NCBI GenBank assembly: GCA_943356445.1
Contig: CALREZ010000002.1
Location: 1 to 52,472, forward strand
Direction of reading: 5' to 3'
Length of the DNA: 52,472 bases
DNA from: Candidatus Nomurabacteria bacterium
GTDB lineage: Bacteria; Patescibacteriota; Minisyncoccia; Phycocordibacterales; CAIJYI01
The notes beneath the pieces are model-generated. The model ran no database searches, was not told the DNA's origin, and saw only the letters and a list, made by a program, of their open reading frames with translations. A program made the position numbers and the translations under genes. Each line of letters starts with the position of its first letter. Positions within the stretch are counted from its first letter, which is position 1. Shown one piece after another: positions 47,223 to 52,472 of the stretch.

Positions 47223-47472
47223 AAGTTAAATTGACTTTACTATTAGTAATTGAATAATTTTCAAACTATACTATGTTTTAACGAAAAAAACAAGGAAAAA
47301 CGTGGTATATCCTTACCCCTACGTCGCCGGTTGTTCCGGGTTGTACCCGGAACCGAAACATTTGAATAAAAATGCCAGTTTATCGGTAGATCTTTTTGTT
47401 GACGTCAACAAAAAGATAGATTTCGCAAAAGGCCCAAAGCGAGAAAACGATGATATTTATTCTCATTTGCCT

Positions 47473-47516
47473 AAAAATAAAGATAACTCCGCAATTGCGG
47501 AGTTATCTTTATTTTT
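47473..47516. terminator. Bidirectional terminator downstream of nusA
   Basis: AAAAATAAAGATAACTCCGCAATTGCGGAGTTATCTTTATTTTT. Confidence 0.8.
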
Positions 47517-47524
47517 ATCTTTTG

Positions 47525-48886
47525 TTATTCTTCCGAAGCAGCTTCTTCTTTCTCTTCTTTTTTCTTCTTTGTTTTCTTGGGTTTCTCTTCTTCTTTTTCG
47601 GCTTCGGCGGAGGCGGATTCTACTTCTCCTTTCAATACTTCCTCCACGACCTCTTTTTCGGTGATTACTTCTTCTGTCGGGGTTTCTCCGGTTGATTCTT
47701 CAAATTCTTTCACTTCCTTTTCTTTTTCAATCTCTTCCTCATCTTCTTCTATTTTTTCTTCCGTATCTTTCGTGGAGTGGATATCTATTTTCCAGCCGGT
47801 CAATTTAGCGGCAAGTCTCGCGTTTTGGCCTCCTTTGCCGATAGCGAGAGAGAGTTGGTCTTCCGTAACGACGACTGAAGCGCGTTTTTCTTCGGGGCGA
47901 AGTTCTACCGAGAGGATTTTGGCGGGAGCCAGTGAATCGGAAATGAATTTTTTGGCATCTTCCGACCATTCTATAATATCAATCTTTTCTCCCCCGAGTT
48001 CGCTCATGACCGTGGTAACGCGAACTCCTCTTTGTCCGACGCAGGAACCGATCGGATCAATGTGCTCGTCATTTGAATATACGGCAATCTTTGCTCGGGA
48101 ACCCGGTTCGCGGGCGATATTTTTAATCTCAACGACTCCGCTCATGACTTCTGGCGCTTCCATTTTAAAGAATTCTTCAATGAGTTTCGGATGAGTACGG
48201 GAAAGGCGGAGGTTGATTCCTCTCGGTGTGTCTTCAACGCGATAAAGGAAAGCTTTAATGCGTTCTCCTTGACGATATTTTTCGCGGGAGATCTGTTCTT
48301 CATAGGGAAGGATGGCGGTCGTTTTTCCAAGGTCTACGAAGATATTCCCTTTTTCAATTCTTTGAACCATACCGTTGACGACCTCGCCTTCTTTTTTGCC
48401 GAATTCGTCCATGGTCGTGCTTTTCTCCGCTTCGCGAATCTTCTGAATAATGACCTGCTTTGCGGTTTGCGCGGCAATGCGTCCGAAATCTTCTTTCGTT
48501 TCAAGAGGAAAGACGAGTTCTTCTTCAATGGCGGCATCGCGTTTAATCTTCTTGGCGTCTTCCAGAAGAATGTGGTGTTCACTGTTAAAACGGGTGCGAA
48601 GGTCGTTCTCGTCTTTTTCTTCTTCCATCGGCTCGCCATTTTCGTCAAGCGGGGCCGGCATTTTCACGATGGATTCATCAACGATGACCTTTACCTGCGA
48701 GAAATCGGTCGCTCCGGTGTCCAAATCAAATTTAGCGCGGACGATCTGTCCCTTTTTTCCGTATTCTTTTTTATAGGCCGCGGCAAGAGACATTTCTATC
48801 GCTTCCAAGATCTTTTCTTTGGAAATGCCTTTTTCCTCCTCCATCTGTTCAAGAGCGGAACGAAGTGTTTTGAGATCAAATAACAT
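47525..48886 (-). CDS. nusA: Transcription factor NusA with acidic tail
   Basis: FGRIAAQTAKQVI, S1, AREPGSRAK, GEKIDII, LSLAIGKGGQNARLAAKLTGW. Confidence 0.96.
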   Translation of the reverse strand: MLFDLKTLRSALEQMEEEKGISKEKILEAIEMSLAAAYKKEYGKKGQIVRAKFDLDTGATDFSQVKVIVDESIVKMPAPLDENGEPMEEEKDENDLRTRFNSEHHILLEDAKKIKRDAAIEEELVFPLETKEDFGRIAAQTAKQVIIQKIREAEKSTTMDEFGKKEGEVVNGMVQRIEKGNIFVDLGKTTAILPYEEQISREKYRQGERIKAFLYRVEDTPRGINLRLSRTHPKLIEEFFKMEAPEVMSGVVEIKNIAREPGSRAKIAVYSNDEHIDPIGSCVGQRGVRVTTVMSELGGEKIDIIEWSEDAKKFISDSLAPAKILSVELRPEEKRASVVVTEDQLSLAIGKGGQNARLAAKLTGWKIDIHSTKDTEEKIEEDEEEIEKEKEVKEFEESTGETPTEEVITEKEVVEEVLKGEVESASAEAEKEEEKPKKTKKKKEEKEEAASEE

Positions 48887-49072
48887 ATATTTGTTAGTTA
48901 TTTTTGTAATTTTTTAAAAAAATGAGCCCGTACGGGACGGACTCAAGGTATGACTCTATATTACTCCTCTTGCCTGTTTTGTCAACCGGCACGGTTTTTT
49001 TGTCTATTGTGTCAAGAGTTATCCACTGTTTGTATTATTGACGATAAAAAGACAGAAGGTATAATAATAGAC

Positions 49073-49822
49073 ATGCACCCCATACAACAAAAGATACTCT
49101 CTCTGGCGAAGAGTCAAAATATCGCCGGGCTTACGCTCCGGAAGATCGGTGAACTTATCAACGAGCCGAATGCTCCGCAAAAGATAAAACACCATATTGA
49201 TAAGCTTAAAGAAAAAGGGCTATTGCTCTCAGGTGAGGACGGCAAACATTTGAAACCCGCTTCGGGCGGAATTGATAAAGTGTCTCATCTCATCTCTTTG
49301 CCAATTCTCGGATCTGCGAATTGCGGGGAAGCGACGATGTACGCCGACGGAGCGATTGAGGGCTATCTGAAGGTGTCGCTTCGCATTTTGGGAGAGAAGT
49401 TCAGAAATAAATTGGATGATCTCTTTGTTTTGCGAGCGTCCGGAAATTCCATGAATCGAGCCAACGTTCACGGAAAGACCATTGACGATGGCGACTACGT
49501 CATTGCGGAAAGAATTCATGAAGCGCCAAAAAGCGGGGAGTATATCATATCTATTATTGAAGGCTTGGCGAACATCAAAAAATTCTTGATTGATACCAAA
49601 AACGAACATATTATTCTCGCCCCCGAATCAAGTTTGGATTTTTCCCCAATCTATATACACAAAGAAGACTATTCCGGCTATTTTGTCGGCGGCCGCGTGG
49701 TAGATGTCATCAAAAAACCCGAAGAATTCATAGATTCCTCCGCCGGAGAAATCCTCAAATACGGCAAACCGATCAGAAAAGTGGATTATGTCAGTAAGAA
49801 AAAGAAAAATAATGAAAAATAA
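49073..49822 (+). CDS. LexA-like S24 autopeptidase repressor
   Basis: N-terminal wHTH, Cys-Gly cleavage site (GSANCG), Ser (GNSM), Lys (NIKK); TTGACG/TATAAT promoter. Confidence 0.8.
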   Translation: MHPIQQKILSLAKSQNIAGLTLRKIGELINEPNAPQKIKHHIDKLKEKGLLLSGEDGKHLKPASGGIDKVSHLISLPILGSANCGEATMYADGAIEGYLKVSLRILGEKFRNKLDDLFVLRASGNSMNRANVHGKTIDDGDYVIAERIHEAPKSGEYIISIIEGLANIKKFLIDTKNEHIILAPESSLDFSPIYIHKEDYSGYFVGGRVVDVIKKPEEFIDSSAGEILKYGKPIRKVDYVSKKKKNNEK

Positions 49823-49830
49823 CAACTGAA

Positions 49831-49974
49831 AACATTTTTGAAAGCGGTGAATTGCATGAAAATGCAGTTACTGAGGAATTCTCGGTAACTGCCGATGATG
49901 GTAAAAAGTACAAGACAAAAACCATATTTCTGATTTTTGATAGAGAAGTGAAGAAAATTTTAGAGGTAAAAAAA
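49831..49974 (+). pseudogene. Collapsed RhuM-family remnant
   Basis: NIFESGELHENAVTEEFSVTADDGKKYKTK joined directly to (IS)DFDREVKK, i.e. RhuM N- and C-terminal motifs. Confidence 0.6.
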
Positions 49975-50865
49975 ATGACAAATAAACCAAAAAATCTTGC
50001 TATTTTTGAAGGGAATCATATTCGCCGGCAATGGGACGGGGAAAAAGAATTGTGGTATTTTTCAGTTTCCGATATTATCGCGGTTCTTACAAAGAGTATT
50101 GATGCTGGAGCTTATTGGAGAAAGATGAAACAAAGATTGAGGGAAGAAGGGAGTGAGGTCGTGACAAAATGTCACGAACTGAAATTTATGGCTACTGATG
50201 GGAAATATTATACCTCCGATGCTGCTGATACTGAAACAATGCTTCGTCTTATTCAATCCATTCCATCACCGAATGCCGAGCCTTTTAAACTTTGGCTGGC
50301 GAAAGTCGGATATGAGCGATTGGAAGAAACGGCGGATCCTGAGCTTGCCATCAATCGCGCGTTGAGAACATATTTTCAGAAAGGGTATACGAGAGAGTGG
50401 ATCAACTTGCGTTTAAAAAGCATTGAACTTCGCAAGGGGCTGACTGATGAATGGGAAAAACGCGGAGTAAAGGAAGGATTAGAGTTTGCTATTCTTACTG
50501 ACGAAATAACGAAAGCTTGGGCGGGGATGACGACGAAGCAATACAAACAACATAAAGATCTGAAAAAAGAAAATCTGCGAGACAATATGACCAATATGGA
50601 GCTTGTTCTAAATATGTTGGCAGAAACGGCGACGGTGGAAATTTCTGAAAAGATAGAACCGAAGAATCTGGAAGAAAACAAAAAGGTTGCGCGTGACGGA
50701 GGAGGCATTGCCGGAAATGCTCGCAAAGAAATAGAATTAAAAACCGGTAAAAAGGTTATCACTAAAAAGAATTTTAAAGATTTTCAGGAAGGAAAAAAGA
50801 GGATAGAAGAAGCGAAAAAAGATATACAGGCGAGAAGGGTCTCCCTTGGAGATTTGAAAACATAA
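49975..50865 (+). CDS. Bro-N domain (phage antirepressor-like) protein
   Basis: IRRQWD...WYFSVSDII...YWRKMKQRL...LIQSIPSPNAEPFKLWLA...ENLRDNM. Confidence 0.85.
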   Translation: MTNKPKNLAIFEGNHIRRQWDGEKELWYFSVSDIIAVLTKSIDAGAYWRKMKQRLREEGSEVVTKCHELKFMATDGKYYTSDAADTETMLRLIQSIPSPNAEPFKLWLAKVGYERLEETADPELAINRALRTYFQKGYTREWINLRLKSIELRKGLTDEWEKRGVKEGLEFAILTDEITKAWAGMTTKQYKQHKDLKKENLRDNMTNMELVLNMLAETATVEISEKIEPKNLEENKKVARDGGGIAGNARKEIELKTGKKVITKKNFKDFQEGKKRIEEAKKDIQARRVSLGDLKT

Positions 50866-50893
50866 AAATACACAGGGTAGTCCTGTGTATTTT

Positions 50894-51826
50894 TTATCGT
50901 TTCTTTCCGTGGAAGTTTTTGTGGATCTCTTTGAGGCCTTTGTCGGTTACGTGGGTGTAGATTTGAGTGGTGGAAATGTTGGAATGACCGAGCATAACTT
51001 GGACGCTTCTCAAATCGGCGCCGTTTTCAAGAAGATCGGTGGCGAAGCTGTGACGGATGACGTGCGGAGTGACTTTTTTTGAAATGCCGGCCTTGATGGC
51101 GTAATGCGCGGCGAGACGTTCAACGCTTCGCGGCGTTAAACGGAGCGATTTTGCGTCGGTCGCGCCGCCATTCGTGTGTTTGATGAAAAGCGCTTCGTCA
51201 ACGTCGCCGCGTTTGTCCAGATATTTTTTGATAGCGTCCTTCGCTTCTTGCGAAAGGAAAACCACGCGGATCTTCTCGCCCTTTCCTCGGACAGAAAGCT
51301 CATCTTTTTTGAGGTCTATATATCGGGAAAGAGAGCAAAGTTCGGAAACGCGGAGTCCGGTAGAGAAAAGAAGTTCAAGAATGGCTCGGTCTCGGAGTTG
51401 TTGAAGACTATCGCCTGTCGGAGCCGCTAACAATCTCGCGAGTTCTTCCGATGAAATAAGGTCAAGCGAGCGTTCGCTGGTTTTGGCGAGGTCTATTCGG
51501 TCGGGCTGGAGAGAACGAACTTCTCTTCGGACAAGGTATTTGAGAAACGCGCGGAGAGCAATAAGGTAGTAATTTTGCGTTTTTTTCTTAAGGGTAGCAG
51601 AAAGTCCTTCGTCCATACCCCGCCTTGTCTTCCCCGCGAGCTGTCTATTGAGCCAGATGCGGTACTTTCGGACGAGTTCGTCGGTGATGTCTTCCGGTTT
51701 GGAAATTTGAGCAAATTCCAAGAAACGCGATAAATAATGGTCATAATTGGTAATCGTCTTCAAAGAACGACCCCTTTCTATCTCCAAATGCTCCAAAAAA
51801 TCGGTTTTCAGGTCGGAAAGTTTCAT
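50894..51826 (-). CDS. XerC/D-like tyrosine recombinase
   Basis: RDRAILELLFSTGLRVSEL, GKGEKIR, PHVIRHSFAT, MLGHSNISTTQIYTHV. Confidence 0.93.
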   Translation of the reverse strand: MKLSDLKTDFLEHLEIERGRSLKTITNYDHYLSRFLEFAQISKPEDITDELVRKYRIWLNRQLAGKTRRGMDEGLSATLKKKTQNYYLIALRAFLKYLVRREVRSLQPDRIDLAKTSERSLDLISSEELARLLAAPTGDSLQQLRDRAILELLFSTGLRVSELCSLSRYIDLKKDELSVRGKGEKIRVVFLSQEAKDAIKKYLDKRGDVDEALFIKHTNGGATDAKSLRLTPRSVERLAAHYAIKAGISKKVTPHVIRHSFATDLLENGADLRSVQVMLGHSNISTTQIYTHVTDKGLKEIHKNFHGKKR

Positions 51827-51889
51827 AATATATCCCCATTTTACAATGAAACGAGGGGTCTTGCAAAAAAAGCTGATTTATGCTAGGAT

Positions 51890-52162
51890 ATGGCTATGTT
51901 AAAGAAAAAACAAAAAGAAACATTAATTAAAAAGGTTCGGATCCACGAGACCGATACCGGGTCTCCCGAGGTGCAGATCGCTCTTTTGACGAAGAAAATT
52001 GATGCGCTCGCCGAGCATTTGAAAGAAAACAAAAAAGACAATCACTCCAGAAAAGGTCTTCTTCAGATGGTTGCCGACAGACGTTCCCACACCAAATATC
52101 TCAAGAAAAAAGATGCGGCGCGTTTTGAAGGAGTGGCGAAGAAGCTCGGTATTAAAGGATAA
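51890..52162 (+). CDS. rpsO: 30S ribosomal protein S15
   Basis: DTGSPEVQIALLT...HL..KKDNHSRKGLLQMV. Confidence 0.97.
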   Translation: MAMLKKKQKETLIKKVRIHETDTGSPEVQIALLTKKIDALAEHLKENKKDNHSRKGLLQMVADRRSHTKYLKKKDAARFEGVAKKLGIKG

Positions 52163-52386
52163 GGATCTCTATTAAGTTTTAAACAAAGGCGAAGAGATGA
52201 AAATCTCTTCGTTTTTGTGTATAATGAACGTAAGGAACAAGCAATAAGAAAAAAGAAAAAAGGCCAACAACGACGACGTCTTCCTTTTTTCTTATTTCTT
52301 ACTTCTTTTTGCTTTTATTTTAAAAATGATTTTCAGTAAGGTATTAAGAGATTTTTTATAAGAAACAAGTATTATTTATATAATTT

Positions 52387-52472
52387 ATGGCCGTTATCAA
52401 ACATTCACACCAGCGCGTCGGCGTTTTTATAGACACGCAAAACATTTATCACAGCGCTCGCAATCTGTATCA
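52387..52472 (+). CDS. NYN/LabA (PIN-like) domain protein, 3' partial
   Basis: MAVIKHSHQRVGVFIDTQNIYHSARNLY, matching the FID.xN motif. Confidence 0.7.
   Translation, partial: MAVIKHSHQRVGVFIDTQNIYHSARNLY

Noticed and set aside
49073-51826. Prophage or integrative element
   Set aside because: No att repeats, structural or replication genes. The recombinase looks like a housekeeping Xer.
1-52472. CRISPR array or cas genes
   Set aside because: No regularly spaced identical repeats with spacers. The parS-like repeats are irregularly spaced and intragenic.
1-52472. Recoded TGA (genetic code 25)
   Set aside because: Conserved genes read full length under code 11 and use TGG for Trp.

Overview
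Chromosomal segment of a small-genome bacterium, most likely Patescibacteria/CPR (Parcubacteria-like). This is inferred from a PPIase-less trigger factor, a VirB6-like membrane protein, many charged orphan ORFs and TGA used as stop. Housekeeping genes are rsmA, pcrA, comM, a dksA-like gene, pnp, xth, cca, yraN, nrdDG, alr, hup, rny, clpP, malic enzyme, tig, hppA, nusA, a lexA-like gene, a Xer recombinase and rpsO. There are also six tRNAs and four type II toxin-antitoxin pairs. The most notable signal is a cluster of about 8 parS-like 16-bp palindromes at 22.0-24.7 kb. Most lie inside the cca and yraN coding sequences as V(S/T/A)xET peptides, several within inserted loops. The cluster is flanked by two DnaA-box-bearing intergenic regions and a switch in gene orientation, which suggests a centromere/origin region with no dnaA or parAB in the window. 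Other signals are a dinJ-yafQ islet flanked by a duplicated comM 3' end, hicBA between inverted repeats that abut two divergent tRNAs, and a tRNA-Leu-derived structured repeat. The window also holds MITE/REP-like hairpins, two sRNA candidates, a Cys-rich domain fused to an alarmone-hydrolase-like HD domain, a truncated RlmN/Cfr-like enzyme and a frameshifted phage-type beta-repeat protein. All calls come from motif recognition by eye; no searches were run.
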